The notes beneath the pieces are model-generated. The model saw only the letters and a list, made by a program, of their open reading frames with translations, searched no databases and had not been told where the DNA came from. A stretch of DNA of 64,000 nucleotides, from positions 14,012,001 to 14,076,000 of the forward strand of contig CP075494.1 in NCBI GenBank assembly GCA_021613535.1, read 5' to 3'. Source of the stretch: Adineta vaga (Eukaryota > Animalia > Rotifera). Numbering within the stretch: position 1 is the stretch's first letter; every line of letters begins with the position of its first letter. This document shows positions 14,172 through 25,742 of the stretch, one piece after another. A program made the position numbers and the translations under genes.

Positions 14172-17100
14172 ATGTCAATAAATCAAGCACATTATCAAGG
14201 TGGTCTTCTACTTTATCAAGGCGAACAGTAAACTTTTTTCGAAATCAAACATATTTCTATAATATGATCAACAATTGATTTTTAGAATTGTTAATCATTC
14301 AAAAAATGTTACATTAACATTTGATGATGCTAGTCGTCAATCTGGTGAAGTTTTTCGTGGAAAACATAAAGGCAAAGTTTTTGTTACAACTCATCGAATG
14401 GTTTTTCTTAGTGATGATCAACGAGATAATTTACTATCATTTGCTATCGCTTTTATGTATATGAAAAATTTACATGTTGAACAACCGATTTTTGGTGCTA
14501 ATTATATTTCTGGTATTGCTGCAGCACATCCGAACGGTGAGTTTGTTTTAGATTAATAGTTTAGAACGAAAGTTGAGTTATTTTGTTATGAGCATAGGAA
14601 GATGTGATAGTACTTATGTTATTTAGTAATTAGTTGAAGATGTATATTTTATCTTAATAGGCTTGTATAAGATTCTTATTAAAAAAATTACAGAAAAAAA
14701 AAGAATATATTTTAATCTTGCCATCGACGACGATATTCATGAGGAGGTGGAAAACGATGCTGAGACCACGGTCGTCTATGTCGATTATGATGAGGGTGAT
14801 GATGATGATGATGATGATGATGAAAATGTTGATCATCTTCATCGTCTTCATGATCATGTTTTCCATATGGTTTTCTTGGTGAGTTCGGTGTTGATGATGT
14901 CATTTTCTTGTTCGATTGTGATGCTGTTTCACATGCAAACCAACCATTTGTAATCGATTTCGGATAGCCTGGTAATAGATTTCCATATGTTGAATCATAA
15001 ACATACACATACTTTTTCGTAAAAATATAATGTCGTTTCGAATAGGTAAAACCAGATCGAATAAATTCATCTGGAGGTGGTTTAAGTACTGAATCGATTG
15101 TACGAATTTCTAATTCTCGATTATGATCATATTCATTTAGACGATAGATTAAACGATTTCGTACTAAATAAATCGAATTTTGATGTAATAGAGCAATGCG
15201 TGGATTTTGTGGATAATGTTTGCCATTAAGAATATGTGGTCCATCGATAGTCCAATGTGTTTTTACTTTCCACATTCGATAATTTCGAAATAGATATGTA
15301 TAACCAAGTGATGATTTTACACAAGCTGTAATTGTTGCATCAGTTAAGGAAGGAAAACGATCGCTAATCAAAGTTGGTAGAGGATCCCATGAACGTTTTC
15401 GTTTTGCTTGATATCGCCATACTTGATTATCTCGAAAGAGATAAAGTTCACCATCAGGACCTTCACAACCTGTTTGAAATTCACCTGAACACCAATTATC
15501 ATGCGGTATAGTATCCGAAGAATATTTTGATGTCACAAATGATGATGATGATGATGATGATGTAGTCGTCGTTGTTGTTCTTATATCTATTTCTGGTTTA
15601 CCATATAATACTTGTATATTTTCTTGATCATCAATAGATAGATGATAACTTGCATTAAACTGTTGATAAACAGGATACATCAATGAATCTTCATCAAAAG
15701 AATGTGATAAACCTAATGCATGTCCAATTTCATGTGCAGCAACAAGTCTTAATGTATACTGTTCATGATTATTTACATAATTATTCGTAAAATCTTCATC
15801 ATCATCGAAATGTATATCACCACTTGTGGGATAGAAAGCATGTGCTAATGTTGATCCTTGTCCATCAAATGGATATCCATCTCCATGATCCTCTGAGTTA
15901 AATTTTATTTTTAAATCCGCAGTTTCATTCGTTGGAGCCATTTGAAATGTTAAACCCGAATATTTTTCCCAATCGGTAAATGATTGTTGAAATATCTGAC
16001 GAATTTGTTCGTTCGATGGAATATATTTTTGATTTTTAGGATATTCTTCTATGTACCATTTTAAATGTTTTTTTGGCCAAATTGATGTTGTAGAACGTAC
16101 CGGATTTTTCTCTTTATTTGATCTTCCTTGAATATTATTAGTTGATAAGGCTTCAGGTACATCGATATTAACAGGATGACCAATTGAATCATAAGTACCA
16201 AGATCAGGATTACCGCAACGAGCTTTTCGCATAAAATTTTTTGTATTTTCATCGAATTCACCTGTTTCCTAAAGGTTAATTAATTGTCCTGAGATAAATC
16301 ATACAAGGAAAATGTACTTACTGGTAATTTATAAAGACGTTGTAATTTAAGTATTCCTTCTGTATACGATGATTTTGCAAGTACAGAAAATAATCGTCGA
16401 CCTTCAACTTTTGGTGTATAACCAAATTGTTGTAAATATCGATAATAATCAATTTCGGTTTTTGTTTCAAGTGTAATTTGAATATTTAAAATCAAAATCA
16501 CAACGATAAAAATCTCTATTTGTTGTTTGATGATCATTGTTAAATTTTCACTCACTCTCTCTTTGTCTCATTTTCTTTCTGCACTTCATACCTTCTTTAT
16601 ATTTCATTCGATCAATTCACTGATAAGAACAATTGTTATGATTGACATTTCTTTTCTTTCATTTCAGGTGGATTTCAAGGTGAAGTTAAATTTCAATTAA
16701 CCTATTCATCAGGTGGTGCTATTGATGCTAGTAAAGCATTACGTGAGGTTAATTCAATTTGTAAGTCATCTTTAATATCAATTGATACGCTTGAGAAATT
16801 CTTCTACTCTTTACTTTATAGTTCACCGACAAAATCAAGCAGCACCACCGTAAATAATTAACATTGTTTTCGATTTCTTGAAATTTTTATGTTTTATTCA
16901 TATTAGATCCTATGGTATGGCTGCAGAAAACTTGTACGAACCTCCACCACCTTCCTATCAAGCAGCAAATAATCATTTTGCCGGTAAGACAAACTCTTCA
17001 AAGATGAATTTGTACGAAAGTTTTTCTTTCATTCACAGAAACAACTATGTACGTGTCACCAGCACAAGCACCTTATGAAGGTGTTTATCAACGACAACCT

Positions 17101-17341
17101 ACAGGTCTTCCAAAAGCAGAATATATTCCACAATATCCTGAAATGCCATCTGCACCTGTACAATATCCACCTCAACCTGCTTATCAAAATAATACTTATG
17201 GCGGGCAAATGTATGTTCCACAGGTAAATCAATCAATAAAACATAATTTGATTTGATTTTAATTTCTTATTCTAGTATCCTCAAATGCCACCATCATACG
17301 ATCAATCACAACATGATAAAGATCAGAAAAAACGTGACTAA
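14172..17341 (+). CDS. WBP2: WW-domain-binding protein 2-like (GRAM domain + PPxY tail)
   Basis: MSINQAH start, KGKVFVTTHRMVF, EQPIFGANYISG..AHPN|GGFQGEVKFQLTYSSGGAID, PPPSY motifs, ends PPSYDQSQHDKDQKKRD; large intron 14537-16667. Confidence 0.88.
14712..16537 (-). CDS. Matrix metalloproteinase (M10A) with hemopexin domain and His-rich tail, nested in the WBP2 intron
   Basis: Signal peptide, YLQQFGY, cysteine switch ARCGNPD, HGDGYPFDG..LAHAFYP..GDIHFDDDE, zinc motif HEIGHALGLSH, Met-turn LMYP, hemopexin-like repeats; intron 16269-16321. Confidence 0.93.
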
Positions 17342-17567
17342 GAATAATTGAATGATCTGTTTAAATGTATATTTCATTTTTCTCTCTTTCTTTTCATTAT
17401 CTTTTAACATTCGATAGTTTTTCCTTTTCCTTTGAATTTGATTATCGCAACAAATCCAGCATATTTACTATTTTACTATATAATCACGAACTGTTTGTCT
17501 ATAATAAACAAAAAACGAATTTGTTCTTTTTGCATCGTGCAATAATCGATGTATCTATATATTTTAG

Positions 17568-20085
17568 ATGCCTTATAGGCGTATAACAAGTACAGATGTA
17601 GCATTAATTCCTCAACCTGGCTTTAATCTTGTTGAATCAATACATTTTAGTCCCGATGATAATATAATTACTTATCTTCGTTCACCAAATCGATCATCAA
17701 TAAGACAATTATATGCATATGATCTACGATCCAATCGAGAATTTATTTATACTGAACTAGATGATGATAATCAAGTGATGGAAATTAATTTATCAATTGA
17801 AGAAAAACTTCGACGCGAAGTGGGTGTGTTTTTTGTTTATTTATTGAGTATAGTTAAGAAAAGAGATTCTAAATTTTCGTTATAAGATCAATAGATATAT
17901 ATTGAGAAAATAAAGAAATTAAAATTTTTCTTTCTTTCCATAGCGTCAACGTCAATTAATAACTGGGATAATTCGTTATCAATGGACAAAAGATAAAACT
18001 CAATCAATTTTGCTCATACCTATTGGTAGTGATCTATATATTCATGATAAAAAAGAACTAAGATTGCTGGTTAGTGGAACTTATCAAACACCTATACTTG
18101 ATCCTAAATTATCGCCTGATGGAAGATTCGTTGCTTATGTTCGAGATTGTGAACTTTATTGTATATCTACGGCACCATCAAGTCCACTGGCAGAACCACG
18201 ACAATTAACATTTGATGCGCGTAATTATCCGAATAAAACAAACGGCCTCGCAGAATTTATTGCTCAAGAAGAAATGGATCGAAATGATGGTTTTTGGTGG
18301 TCAGATGATTCGAGTTTAATTGCATTCACTCAAGTTGATGAATCCAATGTTCCTGTTTTTCGCATCTCACATTCCGGTTCTGATAATCCTGAACATGTAC
18401 GTTATCTCATAACACTCTTGAATATTTATTTTTTGTTTATTAAATTCTTAGATCGAAGAACATCATTATCCATTTAGTGGAAAAGCAAATGTTCAAGTAA
18501 CTGTTGGTGTAATTGATCTAACTAAGAACGATAATAATGATAAAAATCATGCAAATATCTATTGGATAGATTTAAGTTCATTTGTGGATTATTATATAGC
18601 ACGTGTTCATTTCTTTCCCGATAATACACTTGCTTTACAAATTGAAAATCGTCAACAAACACGTTTAGAATTATATCAATATGATATTCGAAATCCAACT
18701 CAATTGAAATTATTAATCGAGGAAACAAGTCAAGCTTGGATTAATTTACACGATCTATTTTATACATTAAAGAAAACACCATCACAATTTATATGGGCAA
18801 GTGAACGAAGTGGTTTTATGCATTTAGAATTACGTGATTTTCTTACTGGACAATTAATAAAAACATTAACAAGTGGAAATTGGGTTGTTCAACAAATTAT
18901 CGATGTGGATGAAATTAATTCAATTATTTATTTTTTAGCTAATCGAGAAACTCCACTTGAAGTTCATCTTTACAGTGTCAATTATAAAAATGAAATTCCC
19001 ATCGTTGATCGTATTACACAAGAATCGGGTTGTCATATAGTTTATTGTTTTAATCAAACATATCAATATTGCATAACACAATGGAATTCCATAGATCAAC
19101 AACCAATAATTCGATTATTGAATGTTAAAACGAAAGAAATTATTAAAACTTTCGATCATTTACAACAAGGACAATCATCCGCGATCGAACAATTTCGTTT
19201 TGTTAAACCAAAATTATTTTCTATATTAAATCGAAATAATGATACACTCTACTGTGCATTATATAAACCAGATGATGAAGTAGGAAAATATCAAAGATCT
19301 TATCCAACATTAGTATCTGTTTATGGCGGACCACATCTTCAACGGTAAGATGAACAATTCAAAAGGCTTATTTCGTTTTTAAATATCTTTTCTAGAGTTG
19401 TTAATTCTTGGTCACTTCGAACTGATATGCGTTGTCAACGTTTAGTGCAATCTGGTTATGTTGTTTTACGTCTAGATAATCGTGGTAGTCTAAATCGTGG
19501 TGTTGCTTTCGAAAGTGCAATTAAACATGATATGGGACATTTAGAATTAGATGATCAAATTGATGGTGTACATTATCTTATAAAACAAGGTATTACCGAT
19601 GAAAAACGTGTTGGTATTTATGGATGGTCATATGGTGGTTATATGTCTGCTATGGCTTTAGTTCGTGCAAGTGATGTTTTTAAATTAGGTATAGCCGGTG
19701 CACCAGTGACACATTGGGATGGGTAAGATTTTCCAAAAACACAAAGTCACTATTATTATTTGAAAAAAATCAATTTTCCTTTAGATATGATACTCATTAT
19801 ACGGAAAGATATATGGGTACACCAGAAGAAAATCCACATGGATATGAAATCTCAAGTATAATGTATCATATTGATAATTTAAAAGGACATTTAATGCTTA
19901 TACATGGTTTAATTGATGAAAATGTTCATTTTCGTCATACAGCTCGTCTTGTTAATGCTTTAATACGTGCAAATAAATCCTATGAATTAGTTTTATTTCC
20001 TGATGAACGACACATGCCGAGAAAACTTGATGAACGTATCTATATGGAAGAACGTATATTTGAATATATTCGCAAATATTTATAA
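17568..20085 (+). CDS. Dipeptidyl-peptidase IV family (S9B) peptidase, plant/bacterial type, no signal peptide, 5 exons
   Basis: GWSYGG nucleophile, [13 protein letters not shown] (Asp), FPDERHMPR (His), [13 protein letters not shown] double-Glu motif, VYGGP. Confidence 0.92.
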
Positions 20086-20255
20086 TTCAGTAGAAATCTA
20101 TTATACATATATATATATATATATAAATATTTTTTTTGTTCATTGGATATTTCCGTCCGTTAGTCTTTCTTTCTAATTTCTATTTGATTGAATATAGGTA
20201 AAGTATTTTTTTACATTTTCTTCTTATACTTTTTCTTTTCCCTCATTTAATAAAC

Positions 20256-23203
20256 ATGGTGAATCTGTTTTTCTTGTCAACTGTAGTTAGCATGCAATTT
20301 TATTGTTTTAGATCTCATCATTTACTTTCCAAGAAAAAAAGAAACAAGAAATGAAACTACAAAAACAAAATCAAATGGTCGTTAAAAATGAACAAGAGAA
20401 TGGTAATGATGAGGTGCAAACCAATGAAGAAATTAAGTCAACAACAAATTTGCATTTATCAGATGAAGCTAAAGAAAAAGGAAATTTTAAACATTTCAAT
20501 ATTTCAAAAAAGACAATCAAAAAATTGAAAGGTAAATTTAATCAAAATTTCTTAAGAACAAAGAAAATCTTATAACTTTCATTTAGATCGAAATGTTAAT
20601 CTTCTATTTCCTGTTCAATCAGAAAGTTACAAACATATCTATGAACAAAAAGATTCTTTAGTTCAAGCATATACAGGTACTGGTAAAACATTAGCTTTTG
20701 CCATTCCAATTGTTGAAATTCTTCAAAATGATACATCCGTAAAATTAATACGTGGACGAGCACCACGTGTTTTAGCTTTAGCACCAACACGAGAATTAAG
20801 TAAGCATTGAAGAATCAATGAATAATTAAGATAAATAATCTTCATTTTTCAGCTAAACAAATCTCGGATGATTTTCAATCAATTGTTAGTGATCTATCAG
20901 TTGTAACGATTTATGGTGGAAAGAAATATGAAGATCAAGAAAATAGTATTCGAAATGGATGTGATATTCTCGTTGCAACACCAGGTCGATTAAAAGATAT
21001 TGTTGATAAAGGAAAACTTGATTTAACAAAAGTTAAACATGTTATTCTTGATGAAGTCGATCGAATGCTTGATATGGGTTTTATTGATGATGTCGAAGAA
21101 ATTCTTGGACATATATTTACAACAAGTAATACATAGAAAAATCAATTTGATTTTGAATTGATTTTTATTTTATATAGAACGAGAAACAAAACCACAATTC
21201 ATTGTTTTTTCGGCTACCATGCCGGATTGGGTTCATAAAACAACGAAAAAATACATGTCAAAAGATTTTGTCACTGTTGATTTAGTTAAAGGAGCACAAA
21301 GAACATCAGCAAACGTTGAAGTAAACTAAATTTCTTCTATATTCTCTCTTTTTTGTTTTTTTGTAATTCTAAAATTCTTTATTTTGATTTAGCATTTAGC
21401 AGTATTATGCACTTTTCATGATCGAGCAGGTGTTATTAATTCTCTCGTTCAAATCTATTCAAGTAATAGTCTCGATGGACGTGCGATTGTATTTTGTGAA
21501 ACGAAAAAAGAAGCAGATGAATTGTCTGTTAGTCATGATATCAAAGCAGAAGCACATGTTCTTCATGGTGATATTCCTCAGGATAAACGAGAATTGGTTC
21601 TTAAAGTTTGTATTGTTTGATAATTTTATGCCAGAAATATATATGGAATTGTTTTTCTTTTAGAAATTTCGTGAAGGAAAATATCGTCTATTGATTACAA
21701 CTGATGTTGCTGCACGTGGTCTTGATATCCCAGAAGTTGATCTTGTCCTTGTAACAGCTCCACCAAAAGTAAGAATAAAGATTTAAGTATTGGTATTTTT
21801 GTAAATTTGAAATTTAGGATGTAGAATCATATATACATCGCTCAGGTCGAACAGGTCGAGCTGGTGCACAAGGCAAATGTATCTGTCTATATAAATCGAA
21901 TCAAATACGTGATCTAAAACGTGTAGAAATCGAAGCCGTATGAATAAGTTTATTTCGAAAACTTGTCTTAACTATTTGTTGATATATTTAGGGTATTAAA
22001 TTCACACGTATTGAACCACCAGGAAGTGAAGATTTACTTAGTGCATCATCTGCTGATGCAGCAAAGTAAACTAAATTTAGAAATCTTTAATATTTATTCT
22101 TTTCAATTTTCTAGAGCACTCGATAGTGTTACTGATGGAGCGAAGGCTCATTTTCGTGTAACAGCTGAAAAAATTCTTGCAACACGTGATGCAGTTGATG
22201 CTCTATCAGCTGCATTAGCTTGTATATCCGGTACAACTAGTATTATTCCTCGATCTCTCTTGACAAAGAAAGAAGTAAACAAAAAATTGTTCGTGTTGTT
22301 TTCAGTTTTAATATTTATTTGATTAATTAGAATCATACGACATATATTTTAACAGTGACCGATGAATTAAAAGGTCCTGGTCTTGTATTCACTATGTTAC
22401 GTAAAGTTTTTGGTGAAGATTTTGATGCAAAAGGTAAATGTTCACAAGTTGCCTTCACACCAGATTATCGAGTATGTAAACAGATGTTTTCAAGAGAAAT
22501 AATGAAACAAAAAAATGATTTTCTTTCAATTAGAGTGCAGTATTTGATATTCCAAGTGAATTAGATGAACAATTACAAAATAATTGGAATGATAGTTCAC
22601 GAATTCAAATGGGACCTATTACAGAATTACCACCACTTGATGAGGCATCAAGAAATGGTGGTAATCGAGGATTTTCACGTTATAGCAATGGACCATCGCG
22701 TGGTGGCAACTTTGGTGGTAATCGAGGTGGTGATCGATCGAGTAAGAAAATAATTGTATAATAGTTTCTTTATTTCATTGACACTTTCTTTTCTTTCTTT
22801 AGATGCTTGTTTTAAATGTAACTACCTTAATTTTTCTTACAATCTTTAGAAATATATACAAAATCATTTCATTTAGGTCATAAAGAAGGTCATAAATCAT
22901 TCGATTGTCCCGAAGGAAATAGATCGGGTGGTCGAGATCAATCGAGTAAATTATTTTATATCCTAAAGTTTTCAAAAAAAAAGAAAAGGAATTTATTTAT
23001 TTTAAGATGGTGGTTGTTTTAATTGTGGTAAAAATGGTCATAAATCTTTTGATTGTCCTGAACCGAGAAAAGGTCGACCATCATCGAACGGTAATTTCGG
23101 TGGTGGTTTTGGTGTTAAACGTAGCTTCAATGGTAACCATGAAAACGGCCATAATACAAATGAAACAAGTCGAAAGAAAATAAAATTCGATGATGATGAT
23201 TAA
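20256..23203 (+). CDS. DDX21: Nucleolar DEAD-box RNA helicase 2 (DDX21/DDX50 family) with GUCT domain and two C-terminal CCHC zinc knuckles
   Basis: [45 protein letters not shown]; C-terminal [14 protein letters not shown] and [14 protein letters not shown]. Start inferred as ATG|gt at 20256 spliced in frame to 20312 (alternative start 20351). Confidence 0.88.
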
Positions 23204-23746
23204 AACAAATTGATTTTTTTCAATTCGTTCTAATTGCATCTTTTTCTTGTTATTGTTTTCTGTTTTCGACAATGATCATATTTTTGTTATGATCTTTGTA
23301 ATATTACTGTTTCATTTCAATAACATTAAACGAACACAATGAATTTATCATCTTTTCTTCTAGAGAAATTTTACTACATGATTTCATTTCATATCGTTTC
23401 GATGATTAATTACTATTTATGTTTTTTCCTTATTATATAAGCACATGTTTGCTTATATATATTCAAAGATCATAGAAGATCAAAAGAGAGATGGAGAAGA
23501 GAGACATCAGAAGCGAACGTTCTCGTAGTGACAATACGGTAGAGAATGAAATGGCTGCGTCCTAATTGCGAGCAAAAATTAAGCCAATCAACACTTCAGT
23601 GATCGCAATTTGGAATACAGAAATGCGCGTATATATGATTGACAATGTGTTTCCGAAATACAATCACTTTGATTAATTAGTTAATAAACAACTAAGTTTT
23701 TATTAAAAAAAATCTAATCAACAAAACAAGATAGATGAGAAAAATA

Positions 23747-24247
23747 CTATTCTTCATCACTATTATCTTTGGTATTTTTCAGAATATCTATATAACGATG
23801 AGAAACACTTCGTAAAAATTTTTGATAAAAAACAAAATCACTATCTTGAATATATTTTTTCTTGCCCATCATAAGTTTATTATCATCTTGTATATATTTT
23901 CCTTTTCTTGGTCTTGTTGTTCGTTTTTGCGCTTGTTCTTGTTCGTATCGACACATAATAGATTCTTCCAATGATTTAGCTTCATTAATCCAAGTCCATA
24001 GATCAGGATTTGTTCGTACTCTGGCATCTAATTGTCTATGATAACCTTCAAGATGGTCATGATTTCCACGATTTGATTTTATAATTGCATCATTTTTTAA
24101 AGTAATAGTGCAGGCACAGCTTTTGAACGTACAAACATAAGTTATTGTTCCATTTTGATTTTCACGTCTCAGTCAATATAAGTAATTGTTGTACAAAATA
24201 GCTTTTTCACCTTTTTGAGTAGACGTACACGTATATTTCGTATCCAT
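23747..24247 (-). pseudogene. Internally deleted MULE transposase relic (FLYWCH-like N-terminus fused to C-terminal segment)
   Basis: Frame reads MDTKYTCTSTQKGEKAILYNNYLY*LRRENQNGTITYVCTFKSCACTITL..NRGNHDHLEGYHRQLDARVRTNPDLWTWINEAKSLEE..; one in-frame TGA; most of the catalytic core is missing. Confidence 0.8.
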
Positions 24248-24296
24248 AGTTTGATATAAACTATGATTTTTTTACTCTCGCGATTATATACAACTA

Positions 24297-24995
24297 CTAG
24301 CGGAGATATCCGTTGCAAAGAGGACACAATTTACGTTTTCCGTCTACAACAGTGCTCTTCTCATTACCCACCAGGCCTCTACGTTGGTATTTACCCGTCG
24401 TGTATAAAAAAATCCTCACACCTGCTTTCTCGCCTTGTCTCAGCTAGTGTAATCTTTCAGGTCGTTACTCAGCGCGCGTTACCTGTCTTCTACACGTCTT
24501 TCTCTTCCGTACTGAGGCCCCTCCAATATCCCTTTTCGCGTCATGCACCAGGTCTTTTTTTCGGAACTTTTCGCATCTCTTCATTAGTTCTTTCCTACTG
24601 GTCTTGTCTCTCTATGCATACGACATACAGCTCTGTTCCTTTCAAAATTCACTCCTACCGTCCCGCTGCAACTCCAGTCCCTCGGTAGATCTGCCTATTC
24701 TAAGACGCTCGCTGCACGTCTTGCTCTAATTTACAAACTTCACTTCGACGCCATACAGGTAGAGTAGTCATTTCACTCCAGATTCAGTTTTTTTAAGAAT
24801 CCAACCCAGGCATTGCAATTTTGCATCATGGATGCAGACAACCATTCTAATCCCATGTCAACCTTCTTCTAGACCTAGAGAAGTATTGTGGAAGCTTTGG
24901 TGAAATTAGCTATCACAGGGATTGAATGCATAGCGAACAGACAGACAGACAAACAAACAAACAAAGAAACAAACTTCCTTTTTTATATAGATAGA
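24297..24995 (-). mobile_element. Non-autonomous Helitron nested in the MULE
   Basis: On the minus strand begins TCTATCTATATAAAA.. followed by a GTTT/GTCT microsatellite, ends ..CGGATATCTCCGCTAG, sits between A and T with no TSD; interior visibly more GC-rich than the flanks. Confidence 0.75.
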
Positions 24996-25742
24996 TTATT
25001 AACAGAACAGAACTCATAATCCCATATTGATTGATAACTAATTAATTAAAGTGATCGCATTTCGGAAACACATTGTTAATCATATATACGCGCATTTTTG
25101 TGTTCCAAATTGCGATCACTGAAGTGTTAATTGGCTTAATTTTTGCTCGCAATTAGGAAGCTACGGAATGAAATAGGTAGATAGATCAGAGAAATAGAAT
25201 CGACCCTAACAACAAGTGAAACGATACATGGCCCCTTTTGCTAGATGTTCGTGGCCACAAGCGAAACGGGAATAAGGCTCATTAGAGATTCTGATAAAAG
25301 AAAATATACCTTATTGTATAACTGAAAATAATATATCGATTTTGTGAATACTATTATCTCCAGTGTGAAATAAAAAGTGTGCTCTTTAATCGGATGGATT
25401 TCAGTTTTCATCATTTATATTGTCCGCTTCGTTTTTTCATAGATGAATAATTCTTTTGCCAAAACGCAAAAAAATTATTCATTATATATATGCAGTTTAC
25501 CGTTAGACAGACTGCTGAAGGACTATTTTTTCTTGCTAAACATACAGAAGTTCTTGTTGTTTTGACACGCCTCGAAAGAGTCGGGTAAGTCTCTTGTAGT
25601 TATACATGTCTACCCAGACATGTGTTATTCACATCATTGTAGTTGTGTTGATTAATATCAAGTAAAACTTGTTGGGACACGCGCAAACAAATTTTTTTAA
25701 TTAAATTCTTTATTCTATGTCACAACAATAAGCACATACTTC

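Larger units (their letters stand above)
23553..25165 (-). mobile_element. Non-autonomous Mutator-like (MULE) DNA transposon
   Basis: ~140-bp imperfect terminal inverted repeats (23553-~23691 and ~25027-25165), perfect 9-bp target-site duplication GAATGAAAT (23544-23552 and 25166-25174), internal transposase relic. Confidence 0.92.

Noticed and set aside
24170-24178. In-frame TGA in the transposase relic as selenocysteine (SEPSECS is in the window)
   Set aside because: It lies in a deleted transposon with no redox motif or recognisable SECIS; a simple nonsense mutation is more likely.
24263-24688. 141-aa plus-strand ORF
   Set aside because: It straddles the Helitron end, has no recognisable domain, and is explained by the higher GC of the insert.
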